Shown: positions 1 to 9,964, counted from the first letter of the stretch. The stretch: 64,000 bases of DNA from a virus (IMGVR_UViG_3300020050_014748), one strand, 5' to 3'. A program made the numbers and translations. The notes: generated from the sequence alone by a model not told the origin.

Positions 1-909
1 TTTGAGTTATACGATACATTCAAGGAAGAAATAGAATACATCCTTAAACCTGAGCAGGTAATAGCTGACAAACAAAACGCTAATTTCGATATCAGACAAG
101 GTTGGAATCTATTGAAAAACAAAAAAGAACCACTCAAAAAAACAATACTTTCAGAAAAAGCATTCAAAAAAAGAATAAAAGAAAAAGACCTAGATACAAT
201 AAGCAGTTTAGTTAATATTGCATACAATGAAGATGCAAATGTTGATATCTTTGCACAAAGAATAACACAAACTGTTGCAGCATTCGACTTAAACCTAAAG
301 AAAGAATATTTCTTATATGGAGTAAGAAAGGGAATCAATAGTTATATTGTAGCAAATAAGAAAACTGAAAAAATAATAGGTACAGACCAAATTCAAACAA
401 CAAGCGATGAGCAAGCAATTAAAAAACTTGTTGATAGAATGAGAGTAAAGGCTAAAGAAATAATGGGTGAAGAAGAAACAACAAAAAGACTTAACTTCAA
501 GACAGGAAAAAACGAAGAAATCAAAAAAGAAATCATACTCATTGGTATACCATACGAGGACAGAATGAGCATGAAAACAACAAAATTAATAGAACTTATA
601 TATGACATAGAAAAAGGTAAAATCAAAAAACCTACACGTAATAATAAAAACATTACAAACGACACCGAATTACCTGAGACAGAAAAGGGTCATATTTATA
701 AGAAATTAAACAAAATAGAAACAGAAGAAACAGCCCTAGATGCAATAGTAATAGATGATTCATCTGACACATCAGATGCAGAAAATAGAATAGAGCAAAT
801 TACAAGAGAAGAAGAAGTCATCGAAAACGAAACAGAACAAGTATTAAACGCAGAAACAATACTACCTGGGGAGGAAACATCGGAAGAAAGTCGAACTTCA
901 CCTAACTAA
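1..909 (+). CDS. hypothetical Lys/Glu-rich protein, 5'-partial (reading frame stays open to the left window edge; the TTG at 112 is just the first in-window start)
   Basis: Frame 1 has no stop codon from nt 1 to 909. Low-complexity charged protein. Confidence 0.45.
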   Translation, partial: FELYDTFKEEIEYILKPEQVIADKQNANFDIRQGWNLLKNKKEPLKKTILSEKAFKKRIKEKDLDTISSLVNIAYNEDANVDIFAQRITQTVAAFDLNLKKEYFLYGVRKGINSYIVANKKTEKIIGTDQIQTTSDEQAIKKLVDRMRVKAKEIMGEEETTKRLNFKTGKNEEIKKEIILIGIPYEDRMSMKTTKLIELIYDIEKGKIKKPTRNNKNITNDTELPETEKGHIYKKLNKIETEETALDAIVIDDSSDTSDAENRIEQITREEEVIENETEQVLNAETILPGEETSEESRTSPN

Positions 910-924
910 AAAAATAAAAACACA

Positions 925-2130
925 ATGTGTGGACTAATAGCAGCAATAAATAGCAATAAAGAAAAAGCACCCGTTAATGACAAAATCGTTGACATGTATG
1001 AAGAACAATACAGACGGGGAACAGAAGGATTCGGAATAATAACAATAGACAAAAACAAAAAACTAAATATCAAAAGAGCAACAGAACCAGCCAAGTTTAT
1101 GTACGATCTACATAACAACTTAGAAGCAATGGTACTTGCTCACCACAGAACACCAACATCTACAAAAAACAAATTATCACAAACACACCCAATACTAGTA
1201 GAAAACAATATACTAGATTACACTTATTATGTAATGCATAATGGGATGATAAGAAATTGTGATGAATTAAAAGATGAACATGAAAAAATGGGATTTATAT
1301 ATACAACAGAAATTCCAAAAGAAGAAGGTGTGGTAATATACAACGGGGCAAGATCTCATACTGCAAAATATAACGACTCAGAGTCATTAGCAATAGAAAT
1401 GGTTCTTTATTTAGAGAAAAAACAAAGTAAAGTATTCTTCGATGGAAGTGCAGCATTTCTAATAATAAAAATAGATAAAAAAACAAATAAAGCAATAGAA
1501 TTTATCTACGGAAGACATATAAATCCATTAAATCTAGAAATTAAAGACAATATACTAACACTTGCATCTGAAGGTCCAGGTGAGTTAATTGAAGAAGATA
1601 AAATCTTTACAATTAATCTTTCTTCAAACTCACTAGAAGCAACAGAACAAAACTTGAATTTCCCGATAAAAGAACCTACTCCAATTCCAAGTCCTTTTGG
1701 ATTCCAAAATCAAAAACAAACCCAAAATACAACAATACAAACAAACAAGAAAACAATATGGACAAAAGAAGATCAAGAAGAAGTTGATGATTATAATGCA
1801 GCATATCAGATTACAGAAAAAAATTGGGATAATGTAATGGACTTTTCAGTAGGAGAAGTACAATCATTAATGGAAGACTTCATACAGGAACTTGCAGAAG
1901 AAAAACTTGCATACACAGCAAACATCGAAGAGTATTTAATGCAATTCAAACAAATACTTAAGGAAGCAAAAGGAAACGCAATCAGCTATTACAGAAACAC
2001 AGAAGAGAATGCAGAAAGTATCATAGCTGATATCGAAGGATATACACCTAAACATTACCATGAAAGAGAGGTCGAAAATGATAATAATTTAGGTGAAGAA
2101 AGACAAAAAACATTATTACTAGGAGACTAA
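925..2130 (+). CDS. protein with N-terminal class-II (Ntn) glutamine amidotransferase-like domain; C-terminal half low complexity
   Basis: Begins MCGLIAA. Cys2 directly after Met is the hallmark of GATase type-2 / Ntn hydrolases (GlmS, AsnB and PurF start MCG). Confidence 0.4.
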   Translation: MCGLIAAINSNKEKAPVNDKIVDMYEEQYRRGTEGFGIITIDKNKKLNIKRATEPAKFMYDLHNNLEAMVLAHHRTPTSTKNKLSQTHPILVENNILDYTYYVMHNGMIRNCDELKDEHEKMGFIYTTEIPKEEGVVIYNGARSHTAKYNDSESLAIEMVLYLEKKQSKVFFDGSAAFLIIKIDKKTNKAIEFIYGRHINPLNLEIKDNILTLASEGPGELIEEDKIFTINLSSNSLEATEQNLNFPIKEPTPIPSPFGFQNQKQTQNTTIQTNKKTIWTKEDQEEVDDYNAAYQITEKNWDNVMDFSVGEVQSLMEDFIQELAEEKLAYTANIEEYLMQFKQILKEAKGNAISYYRNTEENAESIIADIEGYTPKHYHEREVENDNNLGEERQKTLLLGD

Positions 2131-2133
2131 AAA

Positions 2134-2559
2134 ATGATATATCCAACAAAAGAAGAAATACTGGAAAATCCTCCAGAAGGGATAAATGAAGACATTTTAA
2201 TCTTAGGAGAATGGAAAGAAAAACATTATAATAAGTGGAAAGAAAAAACAACTGAATACAAACATAATGCACTCTATGAACTAATAACAAGTTTATGTAA
2301 ATTATATGATAATCCTTGCTGTATAACAACAGAAGAAGAAAGAAATTATTACCTACAAGAAACAAGGACAATAAATATAAGCAAAAGTAAACCAAGTATC
2401 ATTAGTGCATTACATGAATTCGCACATCACATATTGGGTGAATCAGAGTTAAAAGCATGTAGTTACTCAGTATGGATGTATAAAATAGCATTTCCTAAAA
2501 TGTTCACAAAAATGAAATTTGACGGACATCTATTAAAACATGAAGACACAACAAATTAG
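2134..2559 (+). CDS. small protein with HExxH motif (HEFAHH), possible Zn-metallopeptidase-like
   Basis: HEFAHHILGE motif; the call rests on this single motif. Confidence 0.3.
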   Translation: MIYPTKEEILENPPEGINEDILILGEWKEKHYNKWKEKTTEYKHNALYELITSLCKLYDNPCCITTEEERNYYLQETRTINISKSKPSIISALHEFAHHILGESELKACSYSVWMYKIAFPKMFTKMKFDGHLLKHEDTTN

Positions 2560-2869
2560 AATCCCAGAAAATATAAAAATATGCTTAGACGTAGAAGAAA
2601 GGAATACTGGGATAATAGTACAGTTTAACCAAGATTTATGGGCTATATTCAGAAAAAACCCAGAAAATCAAGAAGACTATGGATTCCAATTACTAAATCC
2701 AAACACAAACGAAAGAGGAGAAGGTGTTTGGGGATTAACACAAATACAATGCACACGGGTTATTAATAAATTAATTAAAAACCCTGGATATGGATTTGGT
2801 AAAAAACAAGAAGACATTAAAAGAAAGATTACAAAAATAATTAAAAAAATTAAAACAACATATATATGA
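2540..2869 (+). CDS. hypothetical protein
   Basis: ORF in the + block; 20-nt overlap with the upstream gene suggests translational coupling. Confidence 0.4.
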   Translation: MKTQQIRIPENIKICLDVEERNTGIIVQFNQDLWAIFRKNPENQEDYGFQLLNPNTNERGEGVWGLTQIQCTRVINKLIKNPGYGFGKKQEDIKRKITKIIKKIKTTYI

Positions 2870-3312
2870 ATTACAACACAATCGTAGAAAAACTTAAGAT
2901 TATTGCAAGAGATGGACTTAGAATGAACATGGTTTCAAGAGTTCAAACACAAATTTCTGATATCGAAAAGAACATAAACGAACACACAGAAAACGTAATG
3001 AATCTCAAGAAAGACATCGCACGAGAAAACTTTGCAGAAACACAACTCGTTGAAGCAGATCCAGATTTTGCAGAAAAGAAAGAATATATAAAGAAAGGAG
3101 TAGAGATGATTGAAAAGTTAATTGTATCTGAAAATGAAAAAATTCAGAAACTCAATGAACTTAAGGATGAAAAGGTAAAGAAAATTGAAAGTATCCAAAA
3201 CGGTGAAATCAAAGTATCAATTGATGAACTTAATGAGAAAACAAATGAACTCATTAATGAGATCACAAAATCAACAGCAGTAAAAGCAGTTGAATCAGTT
3301 ACAAACAACTAA
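2866..3312 (+). CDS. hypothetical coiled-coil protein
   Basis: Charged heptad-like composition; followed by a terminator. Confidence 0.45.
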   Translation: MNYNTIVEKLKIIARDGLRMNMVSRVQTQISDIEKNINEHTENVMNLKKDIARENFAETQLVEADPDFAEKKEYIKKGVEMIEKLIVSENEKIQKLNELKDEKVKKIESIQNGEIKVSIDELNEKTNELINEITKSTAVKAVESVTNN

Positions 3313-3324
3313 ATAAAAGAAAAA

Positions 3325-3357
3325 GGTAGTAGATTAATTTCTACTACCTTTTTTATT
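3325..3357. terminator. bidirectional rho-independent terminator
   Basis: GGTAGTAGA-TTAATT-TCTACTACC hairpin with an A-run upstream and TTTTTTATTT downstream, between convergent blocks. Confidence 0.7.
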
Positions 3358-3623
3358 TACGGGGAATTAGGGGGAAAGTTCAGGCTTGGAGGAGCTGTGA
3401 TTTTTGATTTTCCACAGACTTATTGTGTTATATTTAATAAAAAATAGTTATTTTTTATATACCTTATTGGTTATATGACGACAAAATAAACAAGTTTTTT
3501 GTCCACATTCCCATCTATACAAATGATCAAAACCAAAAAGACATTTTAAAAGTTGCCATTTATTATTAAACCATCTTTTTTGATAATAATATTTCATAAG
3601 ATTGATTTATAATAGATTAAAAA

Positions 3624-3881
3624 TTATTTAGCACAATCTTTAAGCATTTTCATATCCCATCTTTTTGACGGTTTATAAAAACGAGATACATAGCCAACTT
3701 GATGAACACCACATTGACAATATCTATGTATCGCCATCTCACTTGGTGTACGACCTTCATATACAAGGTGTTCTACTGACCAATAATGTTTATGTTTTTT
3801 CTTGTATTTTTTTATATTGTTAGTTGGCATAATTAGTGTTTTACGCACAGATAAATATTTTCTTCTAATGTTCCACTGCAA
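3624..3881 (-). CDS. hypothetical basic protein
   Basis: First ORF of the minus-strand small-gene block. Confidence 0.4.
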   Translation of the reverse strand: MQWNIRRKYLSVRKTLIMPTNNIKKYKKKHKHYWSVEHLVYEGRTPSEMAIHRYCQCGVHQVGYVSRFYKPSKRWDMKMLKDCAK

Positions 3882-4021
3882 ATTATTTCATATTTTGGAC
3901 TAGCCCAATGTATTGCCCAAAATGATAACACAAGAACGAGAATAAAACAGGTTAACAAAAACATTGTTTGTACTATTACAATGAATAAATCTTTAATTGT
4001 TTTGTATTTGTATGCCATATA

Positions 4022-4450
4022 CTATTTCTCTCCCTTGGGGGTTAGGGTGGATAATTCATCTAGTTTTTGAAATGCTTTTTCAAGGGTCATTTTTGATAGT
4101 GATTGAACTGGCATATCCTCTTTCATGTGTTTTAGTAAACATTTCCTATGAAAAGGTGCGGAGCAATCAACACAAGCATAAGCACTTAGTATATTTACAG
4201 GTTCTCCACATCCCCCAATAAATGTTTTATCAGGCAATTCCATCAATTTACCGCACAGAACCGCTGAATTTTTTAATCCCTCCTCCACCGCCTTGTCATA
4301 TATGAGGGAGAGTTCGTCAGATAGAAATTCTTTGCCAAAATCTTCTTGTACTAATAAATGAATACCCGAAAAATCAGATGATTGCCAGTGTTCATTGGCA
4401 TATTTGTTCCATTTTTTAATACTTTCTTCTATAAGTTGTGATTTAGTCAT
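4022..4450 (-). CDS. hypothetical protein
   Basis: ORF tightly packed against the next gene (4-nt overlap). Confidence 0.45.
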   Translation of the reverse strand: MTKSQLIEESIKKWNKYANEHWQSSDFSGIHLLVQEDFGKEFLSDELSLIYDKAVEEGLKNSAVLCGKLMELPDKTFIGGCGEPVNILSAYACVDCSAPFHRKCLLKHMKEDMPVQSLSKMTLEKAFQKLDELSTLTPKGEK

Positions 4451-4902
4451 TGGGTTAAAAGGTTATTTATAAATAAAAGTGTTTCTTCTGGTTGGAGTTC
4501 AAGGTTGTCATTTTTGAGATTCCAGTAAATAGATATTTCCTTATCGTCTTTGTCTAAATAATCCATTCGCACCTCGCCTGTGGAATAGTAAAAGAAATTC
4601 ACTGGCTCATCTCCTATCGCCAAAAGCACATCAGCAATGCCTATCGTGCGACCGAGGATTTTAGTGATATGCTTTTCGTCAAACTGAACAAGACTTTCAG
4701 AACGACTTGCAAATCCCACAAAATCGAGAACATACTGCGTTTCTTCTACACGAACATGCCCTCTTTTATCTTCAATGATAGTAACACTTGTTACATAATT
4801 CTGAACAAAAACCTTACAACCAAATACCAAATCCAATATACTCGGATTCGCCTTGATAACTTCTTTTCGTATGTTTTCTATGAGTGAGTGTTTTGTTTTC
4901 AT
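4447..4902 (-). CDS. hypothetical protein
   Basis: ORF with 4-nt overlaps on both sides. Confidence 0.45.
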   Translation of the reverse strand: MKTKHSLIENIRKEVIKANPSILDLVFGCKVFVQNYVTSVTIIEDKRGHVRVEETQYVLDFVGFASRSESLVQFDEKHITKILGRTIGIADVLLAIGDEPVNFFYYSTGEVRMDYLDKDDKEISIYWNLKNDNLELQPEETLLFINNLLTQ

Positions 4903-5192
4903 TTTATTAAATTCTCTAATTTTAGTTTCTTTTGGTTTATCTGTGAAACGATGACTAATTTCATAACCTTAGATAATTCATTCATTGTCTCTCGGTCTGT
5001 TATTTTTTTCTCATAGCTCGGATTATCACTACCAGTCCATAAGTAAGATTTTACACAAAACATTGAAAACTCATTTCGCTTATTCTTTCCGTGAGTGGAA
5101 TCAATATCTGAATTTTCTAAAAGCCACAGTAAACTTTCTAATTCTTTGATATTCTCATTCAAACTATTTATTTGTTTTATTTTGTCTTCCAT
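4899..5192 (-). CDS. hypothetical protein
   Basis: ORF. Confidence 0.4.
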   Translation of the reverse strand: MEDKIKQINSLNENIKELESLLWLLENSDIDSTHGKNKRNEFSMFCVKSYLWTGSDNPSYEKKITDRETMNELSKVMKLVIVSQINQKKLKLENLIK

Positions 5193-5206
5193 ATATATTA
5201 TTCTTC

Positions 5207-5410
5207 TTAATCTACTAATTCCTTACAATCCCCACATCTCCCATCGACTATACCTGCGGAGCAACAGGGGGATTCGGGGGTAATATCACACAAGCAACAT
5301 TGCGTGTGATTCTCTATTTTTATACCGCAGGGTGGTACATTACCGAGATTTCTTTGCTCGTTATTCCAACAGTGAGTATGTGAGTGGTGTTCGTAATTTT
5401 GTGTGGTCAT
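5207..5410 (-). CDS. Cys-rich small protein (12 Cys in 67 aa)
   Basis: Multiple CC and CxxC motifs; metal-binding or disulfide-rich. Confidence 0.35.
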   Translation of the reverse strand: MTTQNYEHHSHTHCWNNEQRNLGNVPPCGIKIENHTQCCLCDITPESPCCSAGIVDGRCGDCKELVD

Positions 5411-5817
5411 GGGGTTATAAGTTTATTTTCTAGTAAATAGATGAGCATTTTTGCTCGTGCATCGGCTTCGGTACTTGCTTCTCTTGTTATTCTTCTTTTA
5501 CCAAGAGAGTATGAACGATACACAACTTCAAGATGGTGAGTTATTTCCAATCCACATCCTTCATCATTAAGATAGATTGTGTTCGGCAACATCTCCCCAA
5601 GCTCTGCGACTGTGAAGGCGGAGCAATACTCCCTAAAATCAGAAGTATCAACACGAGTAATATTCATTAACCCTAAATTTTCTTTATCTTCAAACGACAA
5701 TTTAATTCTAGGTTTTATAGCACCAGTTTCCCACAGGAAGATACTCTCCTGTATCACTCCTAATTCTTTCAGTTTTTTTGCAAGCTCTAATGAGCATACT
5801 TGTTGTTCGAGTTTCAT
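5407..5817 (-). CDS. hypothetical protein
   Basis: ORF. Confidence 0.45.
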   Translation of the reverse strand: MKLEQQVCSLELAKKLKELGVIQESIFLWETGAIKPRIKLSFEDKENLGLMNITRVDTSDFREYCSAFTVAELGEMLPNTIYLNDEGCGLEITHHLEVVYRSYSLGKRRITREASTEADARAKMLIYLLENKLITP

Positions 5818-5820
5818 ATT

Positions 5821-6276
5821 TTAAAAAGTTTTACTAATCGTATACCCTTTCGACTTGAGGGCTGAAATCATTTGTTCTTCGGTAAGGGGCAAAGGTTCAG
5901 AGAGACTAGGAGTACTAGGTTCCAAAGCGATTGCAGGAGAGAAGACACATCGCTCCGCAAGCCACTCGCCACGCCCGTCAAACTCAAAGCAGTAGAACAA
6001 CCACTGCCTATCGCTCCAGTACGCGAACACCGTAAGAGCACACCCATCTTCTGCTTTTACACAAAACACACACCCCCATACTATTTTATCGAACACACCC
6101 ACCACACCTCCAATCGTTGCCCAGAAGTCGGGGATTGACATTGGTTCGATGTTAAACTTTTGTGTGATTTGTGTGTCAGTGAGCCATTCACCGATTTTGT
6201 TGATTGTACCAAGGCGTACTGTACCACCTGATACTGGTTCGCCTATTTTTTGTTTGAATTTTTCGCTGTAGTACAT
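5821..6276 (-). CDS. hypothetical protein
   Basis: ORF. Confidence 0.45.
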   Translation of the reverse strand: MYYSEKFKQKIGEPVSGGTVRLGTINKIGEWLTDTQITQKFNIEPMSIPDFWATIGGVVGVFDKIVWGCVFCVKAEDGCALTVFAYWSDRQWLFYCFEFDGRGEWLAERCVFSPAIALEPSTPSLSEPLPLTEEQMISALKSKGYTISKTF

Positions 6277-6291
6277 AATGAGTATGTGGGG

Positions 6292-6573
6292 TTAGTTGAC
6301 AATTGATAAATAAAGTCCATTATTATCAATTTTTAATGGAAGTTCATTTTCTTGTATTAAATTATGAATAATTGAAGCGAGATACATATCTGCTTGTCTT
6401 GATGAATAATGATCAATAATTCTCATTTTTTCTCCAGTCTCCATTACGCACTCAATCAAAACATAAGCTAATAAAGTGGTTCTTCCACTACAGCGAGGAG
6501 CTGAATATAACCATCTGATTGATTCAATGTGTTTTTTCTGTTCTTTTGTAAGTTTTATTTTCATACCTATCAT
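6292..6573 (-). CDS. hypothetical protein
   Basis: ORF; a degenerate P-loop-like segment PRCSGRTT is not convincing. Confidence 0.4.
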   Translation of the reverse strand: MIGMKIKLTKEQKKHIESIRWLYSAPRCSGRTTLLAYVLIECVMETGEKMRIIDHYSSRQADMYLASIIHNLIQENELPLKIDNNGLYLSIVN

Positions 6574-6677
6574 GTGGGGTTAGTTTTATTAAAAATACTT
6601 TTGATACATTAGGGTAGCTAAAATCCCTGTTAAAATACCAATTGACCAGTAAATTAAAATCTCGATTTCTTGTTGTT

Positions 6678-7172
6678 TCATTTGTCTTCTTGATTATTTG
6701 ATAAGAGGGAGAGCATTTCGTTTCTAAAATCATTTCTCCCGTGGTAATATTCAACACTATTAGATTCTTCAAATGACCTATATTTTGGAATCTTCCCCGC
6801 CATTTCATCTTTCCATTGTTTTTCTTGGGATAGGAGGAGGGACTGTATGAATTGTTTGATAGGTTGTTTATCCAAAGCCCAATCTCCAACCAAATCAGTC
6901 GTTAAAAATCCGCCTTTTGCAAAAGATTCACAACATTTTTTATCAAACTCTTTCTCCCAATCTTCTCCTGTCGGAATGTGGGGGGAAGAGTTATGAATTT
7001 TCTTTAATCCTGTCCCATCACAAGCTTTGCAAGGATAATTATGTATTGAAGGTTTTTCTGAATAATCTTTATCGCCGATAAAATCTCCTCTAGCATTTAT
7101 TCCATGTATTTGAGAGTAAGTACCTTTACCTCCACAACTATAACATTCTTCTTTTTTTGTTTCGTTTGACAT
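6678..7172 (-). CDS. DnaJ-type zinc-finger (CxxCxGxG) protein
   Basis: CYSCGGKG and CKACDGTG repeats, plus further Cys pairs. The N-terminus MSNETKKE is shared with the next gene. Confidence 0.45.
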   Translation of the reverse strand: MSNETKKEECYSCGGKGTYSQIHGINARGDFIGDKDYSEKPSIHNYPCKACDGTGLKKIHNSSPHIPTGEDWEKEFDKKCCESFAKGGFLTTDLVGDWALDKQPIKQFIQSLLLSQEKQWKDEMAGKIPKYRSFEESNSVEYYHGRNDFRNEMLSLLSNNQEDK

Positions 7173-7177
7173 ATAAA

Positions 7178-7459
7178 TTACATATTACTAAATAAAAAAA
7201 CACCCACTAAGAACAAACCTAACCAAAACGTCACAAAATCTATTATTACTGTAATATAGTCAGTAGACATAGGGATACCACACTCATCACATAATACACC
7301 TTCAAAATAGTCATATCTTGAATACTCTAACCACTTTTTCACACCACACTTCCAACAACTGTGCCATCGCCACAGGAAACGGCGACCCCCATTACAAAGA
7401 TTACAATGACCGTAATCATTTGTAACTCGCACCTTATCTTTTTTTGTTTCATTTGACAT
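7178..7459 (-). CDS. zinc-ribbon protein, N-terminal paralog of 6678..7172
   Basis: Starts MSNETKKD. The upstream DNA (ttttttgtttcatttgacat) is duplicated. CNLCNGG and CDECG motifs. Confidence 0.4.
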   Translation of the reverse strand: MSNETKKDKVRVTNDYGHCNLCNGGRRFLWRWHSCWKCGVKKWLEYSRYDYFEGVLCDECGIPMSTDYITVIIDFVTFWLGLFLVGVFLFSNM

Positions 7460-7478
7460 AATTATTTATCTATAAACA

Positions 7479-7889
7479 TTAATCCCACCAGAGTCTTATT
7501 GTGTTATTGAATTCCCTAGATTTATCTTCGATAGATATTTCATCTGGATGTAAATTTCTTTTTAGTAGGGGTATAAATTTTTTTGCAGACTCTTCATTAC
7601 GACACCTAATCTCTATTTCATCTATATGGAATATGTCATCATCTATATCTCTTAATGCATAATGCTCAACAATAGGCATAACACCCACCCATTTATCTTT
7701 GTTTTTTATAAGATAATCAACTATATGTTCTCCATCTAAACCATTCATTGAGGCTCTTTTAATTAAATCAAAAACAATCATTTGGGTTGTGTTTATTTCT
7801 ACTTTTTGTCGTAAAAACCTTTCATGTCTTGTTGCATCCAATTCATTATCAAATTCTTTATTATCTTTTGTTTTATATATTATCTTCAT
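7479..7889 (-). CDS. hypothetical protein
   Basis: ORF. Confidence 0.45.
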   Translation of the reverse strand: MKIIYKTKDNKEFDNELDATRHERFLRQKVEINTTQMIVFDLIKRASMNGLDGEHIVDYLIKNKDKWVGVMPIVEHYALRDIDDDIFHIDEIEIRCRNEESAKKFIPLLKRNLHPDEISIEDKSREFNNTIRLWWD

Positions 7890-7892
7890 ATT

Positions 7893-8072
7893 ATAGTTCT
7901 AATAAATTTTCAATTGGTATATAGTGAAAACTACGATCAATAACTACGACTGCATATGGACGTTCGTCATACCCTGAAACATATCCATCCACATACCCAG
8001 TATCTCCGACTGAAACACCGTAACTGTTTCTCGAAAGAGAAATAATTTTTACCTTAGTTTTTGTGTTCATAT
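7893..8072 (-). CDS. small hypothetical protein (59 aa), below the ORF-track cutoff
   Basis: Manual translation gives MNTKTKVKIISLSRNSYGVSV..., which fits the gap between genes. Two further short minus ORFs follow at roughly 8076-8232 and 8237-8426. Confidence 0.3.
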
Positions 8073-8439
8073 CTTATGCATACCATTTAGGTAGATCTTC
8101 AAACGCACTAGTAATTTCTTTGTCACCTATAAATTCAAGTAATGCTTTATCAGCTGAGATGTGCACATACTCTGTATCATCTACGAGTTGGAGTTCAGCT
8201 AATCTTTTTAAAAGTTTTTCTTTGTTCATTTTGTTGGTATTTAATAATAAATTTACTATTTTGTATTAATTGATTCATACTCCTCATCTAAATACTGAAT
8301 CAAGGCATTAAGTAATCTCTCATTTTGTCTAGAAGTATACACAGTTTCAACTAGAGTTGTTTCATTAAAGTTATCTTTAAAAGGATTTTCTTTTAATATT
8401 TTCAATATCTTATCACTTGGTTTCATGTTTATTTAACAA

Positions 8440-9609
8440 TTAAGACTTAAAGACAATAGGAGCAACAACTGTTCGACCTCTATTTTTATCAATCAAAAAG
8501 AATGTTTGTTTTGGCCTTTCAAAATCACCCTTAATCATAACAGAGAAAGCATTCCAACCAATCATTGAACCATTACAGAGGAAGTTTCCACCATCTCTTG
8601 TTTGGTGAAGATGACCAAAACAATCAAGATCAGCATGTTCAATTTTTTGCCACTGAGAAATTGCTTTATATGTAGGAGGGTAAATACCACCAATTCCTCC
8701 ACCTGATTTTATTGCGTGTCCATGGTGGAAACGTATCTTATAATCATAAATATTAACAATTTGGTAGTAACTATCAGAGATTAAAAATGTTACTCTTTTA
8801 TTGTTCTTAAAATAATTAGAGAGATGATAATAAATTATTGTTTCAAGACTATTTCCTTGTTCTGTGGAAAAATGTATTTTGTGAGTTATTCTTGCATGGT
8901 TACCAACATGGCATGGGATAACAATATTCAAATCAGAGTTTTGGAGTAAAAATTCAATACCTGACACTAGGAGATTTTCAGCAAAGATAGAAGCATCTAT
9001 TGGTCTCAATGAACAGTTTTCAAGAAGTTCATCGTGTATATTACCACTTATGAAGTCACCGAGCAATGCCAATACAAGAGTATTTATCTTTACGTTCTGT
9101 TGTTCTTTTAATATAAGCTTTAAAGTGGATTGAAAAAATTCATCAGCTCTTTGTTTTGCAATATCAAGATTGTATTTATTCTTGAAATTAACCTTTTGTG
9201 GATCAACGGTTTCTTCAACGTGCCAATCTGATGCAAGTACAACAGCAGTAGCCTCAGAATCATACTTGCTTTTAATGTGCTTTATTGAATATGGTTTAAT
9301 AGATTTCTTTAATTGAAGAGAAGCCTCAAGTTCTTTTTTTATATACTCATTCTCTTCTAAGAGGATTTTATATTTTTTATCAAAATTCTTCTTATCCTCT
9401 TTTTCTTTCATTATATTTTTATCCTCAACTATTTGATCTTTTGTTGGGATAGTTAAATATATCGGTGGTATTTTTAAACCCATTCTTCGGAAACGATGAT
9501 CAACAGCGTCTCTGGTCATGCCTAGTTTTTTACTCAAGGCAGTAATACCTATGTTTTTATTTTTCTTAATAAAACTATTAATTTCATCAGATGTCATTTT
9601 TTTCTTCAT
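8440..9609 (-). CDS. HTH domain plus calcineurin-like metallophosphoesterase
   Basis: N-terminal HTH (ALSKKLGMTRDAVDHRFRRMG). Metallophosphatase motifs DWH, GDFISGN, GNHA, HHGH and GHLH. Confidence 0.6.
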   Translation of the reverse strand: MKKKMTSDEINSFIKKNKNIGITALSKKLGMTRDAVDHRFRRMGLKIPPIYLTIPTKDQIVEDKNIMKEKEDKKNFDKKYKILLEENEYIKKELEASLQLKKSIKPYSIKHIKSKYDSEATAVVLASDWHVEETVDPQKVNFKNKYNLDIAKQRADEFFQSTLKLILKEQQNVKINTLVLALLGDFISGNIHDELLENCSLRPIDASIFAENLLVSGIEFLLQNSDLNIVIPCHVGNHARITHKIHFSTEQGNSLETIIYYHLSNYFKNNKRVTFLISDSYYQIVNIYDYKIRFHHGHAIKSGGGIGGIYPPTYKAISQWQKIEHADLDCFGHLHQTRDGGNFLCNGSMIGWNAFSVMIKGDFERPKQTFFLIDKNRGRTVVAPIVFKS

Positions 9610-9643
9610 ATATATACGAAAACAGAATATTATTGTTATACTT

Positions 9644-9675
9644 CCATTATACTCCCCTATATTAAAAAAGTCAAG
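9644..9675 (-). promoter_or_regulatory. sigma70-like consensus promoter (phage promoter family copy)
   Basis: Minus strand reads CTTGACTTTTTTAATATAGGGGAGTATAATGG: -35 TTGACT, 17-nt spacer, -10 TATAAT. Confidence 0.65.
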
Positions 9676-9730
9676 TACTTTTACATAAATAGTGAATCCC
9701 CCAAAAACAAATAGTTTTCAGGGGATTGCT

Positions 9731-9964
9731 TTAGGCACAAAGCTTGGCTGCTTCTAGTGCGATTTCTGGCCTCATAGAGTGACACTTAATTTCATACAGT
9801 TCGTCTTTAGAAAACCATTCAAGGTCTTCTTTGGTTAAACGATCTTCGTAAATTAAGATACTCAACGAAATATTTAAAGAGCGAATTGAGTTCACGATTG
9901 GCGGAACTCTTGTTGTTTCTGGATCCATTTCTTTGTCTGGATCATTTTCAATTTCTAAACTCAT
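9731..9964 (-). CDS. hypothetical acidic protein
   Basis: ORF downstream of the promoter variant at 9985-10014. Confidence 0.4.
   Translation of the reverse strand: MSLEIENDPDKEMDPETTRVPPIVNSIRSLNISLSILIYEDRLTKEDLEWFSKDELYEIKCHSMRPEIALEAAKLCA

Noticed and set aside
8063-8269. 68-aa plus-strand ORF in the minus-strand block
   Set aside because: It overlaps two better short minus-strand ORFs (about 8076-8232 and 7893-8072) that continue the co-directional, tightly packed minus operon.
9690-9730. Terminator hairpin AATCCCC...GGGGATT downstream of the 9731..9964 gene
   Set aside because: The 19-nt loop and lack of a clean U-tract on the minus strand make it weak, so it is not listed as a feature.
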